Shown one piece after another: positions 38,847 through 50,522 of a DNA stretch of 64,000 nucleotides. The DNA is taken from contig NC_042999.1 in the NCBI RefSeq assembly GCF_006345805.1, positions 124,744,001 to 124,808,000 on the forward strand, read 5' to 3'. Both the position numbers and the translations under genes were made by a program. Numbering within the stretch: position 1 is the first letter of the stretch; the number at the start of each line of letters is the position of its first letter. Origin of the DNA: Octopus sinensis (taxonomy: Eukaryota). Below the pieces are notes generated by a model. That model was given only the letters and a program-made list of their open reading frames with translations. It did not search any database and was not told the origin of the DNA.

Positions 38847-39131
38847 CTATAACAAAAATAATAAAACAATGAAATTTTTTTTAATAACAAAAAAAAAGAA
38901 AGGTAAACCTATTGGTTTTTATCCTTTATCTTTCATTTGGTTCAGTCATTAGAGTGTGGCCATGATGGGGCACTGCCTTGAAGTGTTTCAGTCAAACAAA
39001 CCAATGTCAGTACTTTTGTTTTTTTAAACCTGGCACTTATTTTATCTGTCTCTTTTCTGAACCACTAAGTTACAGGGGTATAAACACACCAACTCTGGTT
39101 GTCAAAGAGTAGTGAGGCTCAAATACAGACA

Positions 39132-39169
<38 letters not shown>

Positions 39170-39228
39170 TATATATAGTAGGTCATATATCTGAAAAAGA
39201 AGCACACTCTAAAACATTAGAGCAGTAC

Positions 39229-39697
39229 TATATTTAAAAGGTTGTTATGGCCAGTCAGAGTGACCATTGGTTTCACACCTATAAAGCACTTAGTTGTGTA
39301 GACAATTTGTCAGACTCAAATTGCTGGAGGTACATAACCTCGTAACATCTGGACGGACAAAAACATCATGGTCAGTTAGTTTTGTAAACCAAAAATATAC
39401 ATCTAGAATGACTCTGCTGGCAATATTTCAGGTGGGACAGAGTTCACGATTGGAACCAATGTAAGGGGGATAACTCTGTCCCACCTGAAACCCCACCTGC
39501 AGGAACATTCCAGATGTGTAATTTTGTTTACAAAACTAAATGACCATGAAGTTTTTCTTCCTCCAGTTGTAGAGAGGTTATGTACCTCAGGCCATTTGAG
39601 TCTGACAGGTTGCCTATGCAATTAAGTGCTGCTTTTATAGGTGTGAAAACAATAGTCATTCTCTGACCAACCATAACAAACAATCTTCTAAAATATA
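39229..39697. repeat. ~470-bp fold-back: two inverted copies of a hammerhead-bearing unit
   Basis: Arms about 39229-39420 and 39497-39697. Hammerhead-like motifs at 39258-39317 (minus) and 39598-39661 (plus). Confidence 0.8.
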
Positions 39698-39704
39698 TAT
39701 ATAA

Positions 39705-39889
39705 GTTTAGTCCTACTGTGTGACACCTTGGGAAACTGTCTTCTATTATAGTTTTGGGCCAACCCAAGTCTTGTGGGTGAATTTGGTAGACAGAAACTGA
39801 AAGAAGCCTATTGTGCATGTGTGTGTGTGTGTATGTGTGCGTGTGCATGCGTGTGTGTGTGTGTGCGTGTGTGTGCGTGTGTGTGTATT

Positions 39890-39926
<37 letters not shown>

Positions 39927-40345
39927 TTGTATGCATGATTGTCTTCATGTCTGTGTTTGTTCTCTACCACTGATGTTGGTGTGTTTACATACCCATAACT
40001 TAGCAGTTCAGCAAAGAAAAACCAATAGAATAGGTACCAGACTTTAAGAAAATAAGTACTGGGTTACTGCCTTGAAGACTAAAAGGTCTTCAAGGTAGTA
40101 ACCCAGTACACCTGCAGTCAAATGCCAGAAAAAAGTAAAAGATAAAAAATTATATATATATATATATACACACACATACATACAACAGACTGCTTTCAGT
40201 TTCTACCTCCCAAATCCACTCACAATGCTTTGGTCAGCCTGAGGCAATAGTAGAAGACACTTGCCCAAGGTGCCATGCAGTGGGACTGAACCTGGAACCA
40301 TATGGTTTGGAAGTAAACTTCTTACCACACAGCCCTGCCTGTACC
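39705..40345. mobile_element. SINE family B copies (plus 39705-40150, minus 40185-40345)
   Basis: Match to the family B sequence. Confidence 0.75.
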
Positions 40346-41219
40346 TTCATAACCAAATTTTACTAATGCTCTTTGTAAAAGAAATACGTTATATCCCCAG
40401 AAACTTGATTTTTCAACATTCCAGCTTTGCTTCTTCTTTGTCTCATAGATTCCATTAGGCAAGAAAATTAAATTCAGCTCTGAAATGAGTTTCCTTTGCA
40501 CTTGTTTTGTTCTGATTGTTGTTGCTATCATTGTTGTTTCTCTCCAATTTCACACACATTTTTTCCTTTCTTTTAAGAACCTGTCCTTTTCCTTATGAGC
40601 ATATAATGTTGCAGTTGATTATGCTTGTTTTTAAATGCAGCATTTTACAGTTTTCTTTTTTGATTCAACATTGCTTTTCAAGATTACATATTTTACAAAC
40701 AGAAATCAAAATCCACTAATCTCAGCTGCTGGCAAACAAAAATGGCTTCAACAGTGATTGCTTCTGCTGTGTTCTTTTACTGGTTTCATTCACTGGGACA
40801 CCACTTTCAAAGGTTTCTTTTTTTTTTTTCCTCTTTGTAGTGAACCATATTGATCCTAATTGATATTTTCAATCCAGTATTCTATTAATATCTATCAACT
40901 GGTTAAGTTACCACTTGGCACACAACAATGCAACTCAACACACCAGTTTTCACTGGTATACACAAATACACATACATACAATCACAACAGATGATTCACT
41001 GATTGTATTCTAATAAATAAGTGTTTATGTATGTGTGTGTGTGTATTTTATATATATATCATCATCATCATCATTTAGCGTCCGTTCTCCATGCTAGCAT
41101 GGGTTGGACGGTTCAACTGGGGTCTGTGAAGCTGGAAGGCTTCATCAGGCCCAGTCAGATCTGGCAGTGTTTCTACGGCTGGATGCCCTTCCTAACGCCA
41201 ACCACTCCGTGAGTGTAGT

Positions 41220-41860
41220 GGGTGCTTTTTACGTGCCACCTGCACAGGTGCCAGACAGAGCTGGCAAACGGCCACGAACGGATGGTGCTTTTACGTGTCA
41301 CCGGCACGGGGCCAGGCAAGGCTGACAACGGACACGAACGGATGGTGCTTTTACGTGCCACCAACACGGGGGCCAGACAGAGCTGGCAAACGGCCATGAA
41401 ACGGATGGTGCTTTTACGTGTCACCGGCACGGGGGCCAGGCGAGGCTGGCAACGGGCACAAATGGATGGTGCTTTTACATGCCACCAACACGGGGGCCAG
41501 ACAGGGCTGGCAAACGGCCACGAACGGATGGTGCTTTTACGTGTCACCGGCACGGGGGCCAGGCAAGGCTGGCAACGGACACGAACGGATGGTGCTTTTA
41601 CATGTCACCGACATGGGGGCCAGGCAGGGCTGGCAAACGGACACGAACGGATGGTGCTTTTACATGTCACCGACATGGGGGCTAGACAGGGCTGGCAAAC
41701 GGCCACGAACGGATGGTGCTTTTACGTGTCACCGGCACGGGGGCCAGACAGAGCTGGCAAACGGCCACGAACGGATGGTGCTTTTACGTGTCCCCGGCAC
41801 GGGGGCCAGACAGAGCTGGCAAACGGCCACAAACGGATGGTGCTTTTACGTGTCACCTGC
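41220..41860. repeat. Tandem array of about 10 units of 61-62 bp in the RTE 3' UTR
   Basis: Unit GGATGGTGCTTTTACGTGTCACCGGCACGGGGGCCAGACAGAGCTGGCAAACGGCCACGAAC with point variants. Confidence 0.93.
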
Positions 41861-42015
41861 ACGGAGGCCCTGATGTTGATCGACCTCAATTTGGTTTGAT
41901 CTTGATTTTGACTGTTCTCACTGGTCTTGCCGGGTTTTCTCACGCACAGCATACCTCCAAAGGTCTCGGTCACTGGTCATTTCCTTGGTGAGACCTAAAG
42001 TTCGAAGGTCGTGCT

Positions 42016-43434
42016 TCACCGCCTCGACCCAGGTTTTCCTGGTCTACCTCTTCCACAGGTCCCCTCAACTGCCAGGGTGTGGCACTTTCGCACACAACTA
42101 TCTTCAGCCATTCTCATCACATGACTATACCAGCGCATACGTCTCTCTTGCACACAACAACTGATGCTTCTTAGGTTCAACTTTTCTCTCAAGGTACTTA
42201 CACTCTGTCGATTATGAACACTGACGTTACACATCCATCGGAGCATACTAGCTTCATTTCTTGCGAGCTTACGCAAATCCTCAGCAGTCACAGCCCAAGT
42301 TTCACTACCATGTAGCATGGCTGTACGTACACATGCATCATACAGTCTGCCTTTTACTTTGAGCGAGAGGCCTTTTGTCACCAGCAGGGGTAAGAGCTCT
42401 CTAAACTTTGCCCAGGCTATTCTTACTCTAGCAGTTATACTTTCAGCGCACCCGCCCCCGCTACTGACTTGGTCACCTAGGTAACGGAAACTATCAACTA
42501 CTTCTAGCTTTTCTCCCTGGAAAGTGACGGAAGTTGGTCTCAGAGCATTTTCAGTGTTAATTGTTCCTGAGCATCTGCCACATACAAAAACCATCTTCCT
42601 AGTTAGCCTTCTTTTGACATTGCTGCACCTCTTATGTGTCCATAGCTTACACTTGGTGCATCTTATAGAGTTTCTACCTACACCTTTTCTACAGATCGAG
42701 CAGGGCCATCTACCTGAAGGCGTTTGTGATTGGTCTACCTTCCTACTTATTAGGACTTTGGTTTTGGCTAGGTTGATTCTAAGGCCCTTCGATTCTAAAC
42801 CTTGTTTCCATACCTGAAACTTCTCCTCTAGTTCTGATAGAGACTCAGCAATTAGAGCAAGGTCATCAGCATAGAGGAGCTCCCAGGGGCATCCTGTCTT
42901 GAATTCCTCCGTTATTGCCTGGAGGACTATGATAAATAGGAGGGGACTGAGGACTGAACCTTGGTGGACCCCAACCTCTACCCTGAATTCTTCACTGTAC
43001 TCGGTGCCAACCCTCACCTTACTAGCAGCGTCTCTGTACATGGCTTGTACAGCTTTCACTAACCATTCATCTATCCCTAGTTTCCTCATTGACCACCAGA
43101 TGAGGGATCGGGGGACCCTGTCAAAGGCTTTCTCCATATCAACAAAAGCCAGGTATAGAGGCTTGTCTTTGGCTAGGTATTTCTCTTGCAGCTGTCTTAC
43201 CATGAAAATAGCATCAGTAGTACTTTTCCCTGGCACGAACCCAAACTGCATCTGATCTAGGCTAACTCTCTCTCTAATTAGTTGGGCTATAACCCTCTCC
43301 GTAACCTTCATTACCTGATCCAGCAGCTTGATACCCCTGTAGCTATTTGTATCTAGGGCGTCACCTTTACCTTTGTAGCAGCTGACTATTATGCTGCTAC
43401 ACCAGTCATTGGGAATGACTCCTTCGTGTATCAC
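42016..43434 (-). CDS. RTE LINE reverse transcriptase (partial ORF, 472 aa) with an embedded C4HC3 PHD-like finger
   Basis: YRGIKLL, QFGF, AFVDMEKAFDRV, GVHQGSVLSP, YADD and FRYLG motifs; CSIC..CTKC..HKRC..CGRC insert. Probable frameshift in the last codons. Confidence 0.92.
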   Translation of the reverse strand: MIHEGVIPNDWCSSIIVSCYKGKGDALDTNSYRGIKLLDQVMKVTERVIAQLIRERVSLDQMQFGFVPGKSTTDAIFMVRQLQEKYLAKDKPLYLAFVDMEKAFDRVPRSLIWWSMRKLGIDEWLVKAVQAMYRDAASKVRVGTEYSEEFRVEVGVHQGSVLSPLLFIIVLQAITEEFKTGCPWELLYADDLALIAESLSELEEKFQVWKQGLESKGLRINLAKTKVLISRKVDQSQTPSGRWPCSICRKGVGRNSIRCTKCKLWTHKRCSNVKRRLTRKMVFVCGRCSGTINTENALRPTSVTFQGEKLEVVDSFRYLGDQVSSGGGCAESITARVRIAWAKFRELLPLLVTKGLSLKVKGRLYDACVRTAMLHGSETWAVTAEDLRKLARNEASMLRWMCNVSVHNRQSVSTLREKLNLRSISCCVQERRMRWYSHVMRMAEDSCVRKCHTLAVEGTCGRGRPGKPGSRR

Positions 43435-43777
43435 CTGGTTAACTATACGGGTGACTAGGCTATAGCCGACACTACCAGATATATATATATATATATATAT
43501 CTCACTATGATGATTATTAGGTGGTTACCTCCCCTGTCAGAACATGTATATATTTGCCCTCTTCTTACAGCATTAAATGTGTTTTAACTCTTATTTCCAG
43601 CAATATAGGTGCTTTGGCACCTTTAGTCACACTTGGTGATGACTGAATTTTTCCTTTATGGTATCACATTGCACCTGGCTGTTTATATTAATTGTTAGTA
43701 CACAACACACACACATATATGTGTGTGTGTGTGTGTATGTGTATATATATATATAATATATATATATATTATATATA

Positions 43778-44284
43778 TCTATATATATAAAACTCTAGTT
43801 GTGTGAGTGTCTGTCCCCTTCGATTTAGATTCTAACTCCTCCCACATTTTGCGGTGCAGTTTAACCAAAACCGGGTATCTTATAGTCGTGATTCATATCG
43901 CGAGCCGTCTGACTATTAGCGCACGTCAACGATGAGTCTACGATTTTAAAAAATAATTTAACATCATTTTTTATTCCATTTTAATGCATAAAATGCATTG
44001 TATGTCGATGGCGGCGGAGTTGGCGTCCACGCTCACAGCTGCACCTGTTTGCTTCTCCCCCTTCCCTCCCTCGTGAAGCTGTGGGGAAGGGAGTGTAAAG
44101 AAATCAACGTCGTAATGCGTTGTGAAGGAAACCAGCGTTCTTTTAGAACAACGACTTCATGGATTGAAGACACCAAAACAAAAATGGCTAAGAAAGCCCG
44201 AATTTATAAGGGAAGTAACTCTCTAAAAATGCTTATATAGTTATTTCCCTTACAAACCCGAGCAACGCCGGGCGATACTGCTAG
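43778..44284 (+). mobile_element. Non-autonomous Helitron, copy 1
   Basis: 5' TC start, subterminal hairpin CCCG-AGCAACGC-CGGG, 3' CTAG end, located in an AT/TA context. Confidence 0.8.
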
Positions 44285-44793
44285 TATATATATAAAACTC
44301 TAGTTGTGTGCGTGTCTGTCCCCTTCGATTTAGATTCCTAACTCCTCCCACATTTTGCGGTGCAGTTTAACCAAATTCGGGTATCTTATAGTTGTGATTC
44401 ATATCGAGCCCGTCTGGCTATTAGCGCGCGTCAACGATGAGTCTACGATTTTAAAAATAATTTAACATCATTTTTTTATTCCATTTTAATGCATAATTTT
44501 TCGTGTGTCGATGGCGGCAGAGTTGGCGTCCACGCTCACAGCTGCACCTGTTTGCTTCTCCCCCTTCCCTCCCTCGTGAAGCTGTGGGGAAGGGAGTGTA
44601 AAGAAATCAACGTCGTAATGCATTGTCAAGGAGACCAGCGTTCTTTTAGAACAACGACTTCATGGCTTGAAGACACCAAAACAGAAATGGCTAAGAAAGC
44701 CCGAATTGGCATCTATAAGGGAAGTAACTCTCTAAAAATGCTTATATAGTTATTTCCCTTACAAACCCGAGCAACGCCGGGCGATACTGCTAG
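44285..44793 (+). mobile_element. Non-autonomous Helitron, copy 2 (head-to-tail)
   Basis: Close copy of 43778-44284 with the same hairpin and CTAG end. Confidence 0.8.
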
Positions 44794-44809
44794 TATATAT
44801 ATATATTCT

Positions 44810-45420
44810 TATCACTTTCTTGTATGGCTCAGAATCTTGGATACCCTATAGATGACACATTAACCAACTAGATATCTTTCAGATATCTCAGGGCAATCAG
44901 CAGTTATTCACCAAAAGACAGAGTTTCTAATGCCGACCTGTTTAGCAAGTTTAAGATTGGTGGAATCAAGAGCTTCCTCATGCAATCACAATTGTGCTGG
45001 GTTGGCCATGTCATCAGAATGAGTGACAAAAGAATACTCAAAGTCCTCATGTACAGCCAGCTCGATAGTGGGCACAGGAATGTTGGTCGACCATGGCTCA
45101 GATATAAGGACAAGCTGAAGAGTAACCTCTCAGCAGTGAAGATAGCTTATAATACCTTTGAGGAAACATCCTTGGATTTAACAAAATGGAGATCGTTGTG
45201 TCAAAATGGTATAAGAAACTTTGTTACAACCAGCATTAACAGGCATGAGAGTGTAAGGCAAAGGATAAAAGTGGCAGCAAATATACCACCTGCACTGACC
45301 TGTAATCCTCATACTTGTAGGATCTGTGGGCTTCTTTGCAAATCGTCGGTGAGACTTAAATGTCACATTTGACATAAGCATTATGATTGACAAAGAAAGA
45401 GTAGGAGAGTCCATCATAAT
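44810..45420 (+). mobile_element. Degenerate RTE-type LINE 3' fragment (different family)
   Basis: QLCWVGHVIRMSDKRILKVLMYSQL..GRPWLRYKDKLK and a C-terminal CxxC..H finger. Confidence 0.8.
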
Positions 45421-45479
<59 letters not shown>

Positions 45480-45483
45480 CATG

Positions 45484-45543
<60 letters not shown>

Positions 45544-45547
45544 ACAT

Positions 45548-48500
45548 CAGTGGCGTGCGGTGACTTCCGGCGTTGGGCATGCAATTAATTTCATTGCCCC
45601 TACCCCCCCCCCTGGCAATTTTTCAGTAAAACATTTTCGTATTCCTACGATTTACATATAAGAGATTCTAATATGCAGAATAAACAGGAATAAAAAATGG
45701 CTGTGCAGAGATGATCCTGAAATAAGTGTATTGTTTGTATTATTCTTTGCTCTTCGAAACGTCAGTACTTTCCCATCCTCATTCTCCCTTAGAAAAGTCT
45801 AAAAATCATAAGTGAAATGTAATAAAGATGAAATTGGATTCTGTCAATTTTTGCATATTCAGAATCTCTGTTAAAGGTAGGAATCCGAAAAAAAATTTTC
45901 ACATAAATTCGTTTTTCAAAGGGGTGCGATTCTGCATTAGCCCCTATACCTATCAGTTGAGCTGAATGAAATGATTTAATTAAAAGAACACATTTAGTTA
46001 CATATATGGCCATGGTTTTAGATCGTTACGCTCTCGAAGACAAGTCAGGTTCTTTATCATGCTACTTGTCAATTCCGGGAAAATTATTGACTGTTCTGAG
46101 ACTTACTGAACTCCGTACATTAAAGGACTACGTCTCACGCACAAACATTGAAAATACACGCATATACATGAATACGCACACAATGAAAGACAGCGAAAAT
46201 TCAACATTGTAAAAAGCCTCCCAAAACTGTTGTGGCAGAAGTCAACATCTCTGAGATTGAAACAAGACACTTATTGAAAGTGAAACAAAACACTTATTTA
46301 CGGCCGTAAATAGACTACACCGCAGCACAGAAAGGGAAATCTATGTAGGTTAGGTTTCACGAAGAAATCAAAACATTTCTCCTGCGAAACAATACTGATG
46401 TAAGAAGGTTGAACCTTACGTTATAACAAACACTAAGCAACAACCTGTAATATATGCTCTTTAATATATTATTTTTTTTAATGTTTTAAAATGTTACTTA
46501 GCTCATTTAAAATTAATTCAATTCTTCGATCTTTCTGGGCAAATATATCTATCACATTTTCATAGAAATCTTCTCTTTTCATCAATTCTTGTATAAATCT
46601 TTTTCAATTGACATTAGTGCTAACCCAGACAGTCTTCTTTCTCCTGTCGCATTTCTTTGGTATGTTTTAATTCTACTTAATGCAGAAAAGGATCGCTCTA
46701 CAGAAGCAGTGGTAGACGGAATTGTCAAAATCAACTTGCACAGATTAAGAGTTCTGGCATAGCTTCAACAAGATCAGTGCTGTTAATGTAACTCATTAAT
46801 GACTTACACTTGGTTTTTTAAAATCTTTCATTGAATACATCACATTGAGCTCACTTTGTAATCGTATTCATCAAAAATCTGCCATAAGTTGTTCTTAAAG
46901 AATCTAAAGAGTCCACAGGAAATTGTTTGCAATACTCATCAACTTTGTTGAAATTCAAAAGTTCCATGAATTTAAACTCTTCTAAGGATGAATATCGTGC
47001 TTTTATTTGGTCAACTATTGTACTTATAATTTTGTTATAAAGCGTTCTATAATGTCGTTGGGGATCAATAGATATATTCTTGGATCTCTGAATTCCGATT
47101 CCTGCATCGACTCCATATTTTTCCCCTAACCTATCATAAAAGACTGAAAAATGATCAAGTTTGTTTTCGAGTACAGTTCTAGTTTTATCTATTTGCTGTT
47201 TACAATACACTATGTCATGACTTTTACTCAGACGTCAGTAAAAGAAAAAATGTCACTGAATACCTCTAACAAAAATAAGAAATCAGGAGCTTTTAAAGTG
47301 TGTAAGAATCCAATTGCTGAATTTATGGTGGTATCATCCCATGCTTCAGGATTTTCAATGATGTGTTCAAAAAGGCTGATTATGAAATTATAATTTTCCT
47401 TTGTGGTAATAATAAGACGTGAGGAGTAATTCCATCTAGTTGCTGTTGCTTTCAGAAATCTTTTTTTAACAATATTATCTAATGCATTAGTCCTTTTCGG
47501 TGATTTCGTAAAAAATGTACCGAGTCCGTTTATTGTAGAAAAAAATATCTTGCATTCTTTCATAGCAGAGCATGATTGTGAAAGAACTAAATTTAGGATA
47601 TGGGCACAACAATGAATAAAGATCGCACATTCATATTTCTTTCTTACTTTTGCCTGTAACCCATTTAGTTGTCCTGCCATTGTAGCGGCACCATCATATG
47701 TCTGCGCAATCAATTTGTTTCCACATTCCCACGTCTCAATGCATTTAAAAACATGTTCAGATAAAGCATTTGCAGATCGATCTTCACTAACATCACTAAA
47801 ACCGATAAATCGTTCTTTCGTCACACAGTCTTCTGTAACATAACGTAAAACTGTTGACAGTTGTGAAGATGCTGAGACATCAGATGTCTCATCAACAAGA
47901 ATAGAAACAAACTTAGCTTGGTCAATTTCCTTCTGCATCTCATTCAACATAACTTTATGAATGCTTCGATCAAGTCATTTTGAATTCTGTTCGACAGACC
48001 AGTGAAGATAGAAGCTGTATCTAAATGACATTCCATTTGTTTGTCATATTTACTGATGAAATAAACGAGTTCTTTATAATTTCCCCGATTATTAGAGCCT
48101 TCAGATTCAAAATGACCCCGAAACGATAATTCCTGGAGGCCTAAAAAAATAACAACATCGATCAATCGTTGCAGAATGGATCTGTTTCGTTGAACTTTCT
48201 CATTATGCTGTTGTATGCTTTGATTTTTACATGCATCTAATTGTAAGTCTATGCGAACATTCCCGAATATTTTAAGGTCTATCAAACATTTTATATGCCT
48301 TTGAGAACGCTCGTGCTTTAGCATAGCCATATGTAAATTATTTAAATCATCATAGCCTTTATCATTCCAAACATTTTTTCTAAGCCAAAAAGTAAACACG
48401 GCCAACAGAATAATTTATTAAGAGCAACACTTCCAGTTAACCATTTCTTCTTTTCATACGAATTAACCTGAAATTGTCTCGTGAATTTCTTGTTGTAGCT

Positions 48501-49325
48501 TCGCAAATTAGGTAAATTCGGTGTTGGTCTGCCACGATTTATAATTAATTTTTTCCCATCGAAGTCCCTTTTAGAAAAACTAGTTCTCAAAATATCGTTT
48601 ATAGCACACATTTCACTCATTTTGAAAAAAGCTGCTCTTATTTAAGGACCCACGTGGAAGCGCCGGCGTAAATTTTAAGTCAATTTCAACAAAACGGAAA
48701 AATACCCTTTGTTAAATTAATTTAAGATTAATTAGCTATTTCTGAAATAAGAAATATAATATAGATATTTTTGCTTTCAAAACTTTCTAAAAATATGATA
48801 GTGCAAACGGATATTTTGGATAAAAAATTTCAAACTTACATGCGAAGGCTATTCCAACATTTCAGCTGGCTAAAACAAGAATTATGGGACGGCTCTTGTT
48901 CCGGTCAAAATAGCCAGAGAGGCGTGATATGCAGTCTTAGAACAGCATGACACGCCAAACTGAATTTGTCGAATCGCTGAGAGAGAAGGGGGTGACCATT
49001 CCTCGTAGCATATCTTTTAAACAAAGAAAGAGGAAGAAGGGACAAACTATCAAAGACAGAGAGAAGGGGACTCATGCTGTCTTCTCAACGCATGACAAGC
49101 GATAAATTTATCGAGTCACTAAGATAGAGAGAGAGAGAGAGGAAGGAAGGAAGGACAAACTAATACAGACAGAGAGGGAGTGTGTATCATGCGATCTTCT
49201 AAAAGCATTTATCAAAGCAGATGTACGAAGTAGAGACAATATTTCTAAAACAACTGGACGTATTTTCTTTGAAACAAAGAAGGCATGCAGCGCATACCTT
49301 GCATTGCTGAGAGTGCACGCCCCTG
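45548..49325 (-). mobile_element. Full-length hAT DNA transposon
   Basis: TIRs CAGTGGCGTGC / CAGGGGCGTGC; exact 8-bp TSD GTATACAT at 45540-45547 and 49326-49333. Confidence 0.92.
46500..48620 (-). pseudogene. hAT transposase (ZMYM1-like: TTF-type Zn finger, DUF4371-like core, hATC dimerisation domain), disrupted
   Basis: Consecutive ORFs carry WL..LFCWPCLLF, FRGH, VDETSDVS, YDGAATMAG, IHCCAHILNL and TRW, ending in IPSTTASVERSFSALSRIKTY. One in-frame stop at about 47229 and several frameshifts. Confidence 0.9.
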
Positions 49326-49473
49326 GTATACATACATATATGTGTGTGTGCGCGCGTGTGTATATATATTGATAGAAATGGTAAGACAACAAAAGAATGA
49401 AAGAGATCTCGATATTATGTAATTAGAGGAATTTATCTGTAAATGTAATATGTGACAAATATTCGGTAGCCAT

Positions 49474-49534
49474 GATAAAACTCTGAGTTTTGGATGTCAG
49501 GGTGGAAAACCATGCTGCCATCTCTTCAGTTATC
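49474..49534 (-). ncRNA. Degenerate type I hammerhead in a PLE-like terminal repeat
   Basis: Minus strand GATAA-CTGAAGA-GATG..CATC-C-AAAA-CTCAGAG-TT-TTATC. Stem I and stem III are intact; GAAA has changed to AAAA. Confidence 0.6.
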
Positions 49535-50299
49535 AGGCCATCGAAAAAAATGCTATGAAAATGACCATTAAACAAAGGGAAATTACTGTGTGATTGACCA
49601 TTATTAAGACAAAAGAGCTATTAGAATGATCAAGGGGAGGCAGTAAAGGTAAGGGAGTAAAAATGTTCATAGTATTCACATAAACACGCATGTCCATACA
49701 TACACATGCGTGCCCCCACACCCCCGTACATGTGCCTATAAGTATATACTCATCCACCCTCGCTTGAAACACACACATACTCACCCACACATTTACCAAA
49801 AATATATACATACCTGCATACATGCTCACACACACACGCACACAAAAAAGGGTCATACACACATCTATATATGCACATGCACAACAGGGCTAAAGGCAAA
49901 TTGCAGAAAAATGTGTAAAAAAGGTGTAAAAAATAAGCAATAAGAGTAAAACACGTCTATATATGCACACACTCGTATGCACGCACACACACACGTCTAT
50001 ATACGCACATACCCACACACACACACACACACACACGTGCTCAAAAAAAGATTCCTATACACGTCTATATATGCATAGGAAAAAATGAAGGGTGGAAGGT
50101 GGTATACAGAAAAAAATATGTGTAAAAAATATGAGCAATAAACCTATAAAACAATATCTCTATAAGTATGTAAAAAATATTTATAAAAATATATAAAAAT
50201 ATATGAAAATATATAAGAAATATAAGTAAAAAGTATAGAGATAAAAACCTTGTACATGGACACAATATAGAAAGCAAGTTTTATCTGTAATCTCAGGGG

Positions 50300-50467
50300 G
50301 ACCAAAAACCATTGGAAATCCATTGGAAGATCTTAGCCAAGTGTAAGCCTTACACCAATGGCAGTGGAAAGTGCGGTCTTTGTGGTATAGAAAGATGGCT
50401 CATCTGGAAAAGCAGCTTAGACCCCACTACATGTCTAAATTCAAGAACTGAACTTTTTGGATCATAA
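50300..50467 (+). pseudogene. Penelope-like GIY-YIG endonuclease C-terminal fragment
   Basis: Manual translation IHWKILAKCKPYTNGSGKCGLCGIERWLI..CLNSRTELF matches the PLE W-IL..PY..CxLC..E..LNxRxE pattern. Confidence 0.7.
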
Positions 50468-50522
50468 CTGCTAAGTTATGGGACTTTTTGCACTAATGGG
50501 TATATTTCAATTAGCGTGCATA

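Larger units (their letters stand above)
41058..43478 (-). mobile_element. 5'-truncated RTE-clade LINE
   Basis: RT ORF, 3' UTR with a tandem array and an (ATG)n tail; the 5' break abuts a TA tract. Confidence 0.93.

Noticed and set aside
41220-41860. CRISPR-like appearance of the regularly spaced GGATGGTGCTTTTAC motif
   Set aside because: The intervening sequences are near-identical rather than unique spacers, there are no cas genes, and the array lies in a eukaryotic LINE 3' UTR.
41173-41991. Long overlapping ORFs (up to 225 aa) across the tandem array
   Set aside because: By-products of a stop-poor GC-rich tandem unit.
43998-44749. Duplicated 80-86-aa ORFs in the Helitron pair
   Set aside because: No Rep/helicase or other recognisable motifs; likely incidental frames.
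46500-48620. Host ZMYM1-like zinc-finger gene
   Set aside because: It is enclosed by TIRs and an 8-bp TSD and carries disabling mutations, so it is a hAT transposase rather than a domesticated gene.
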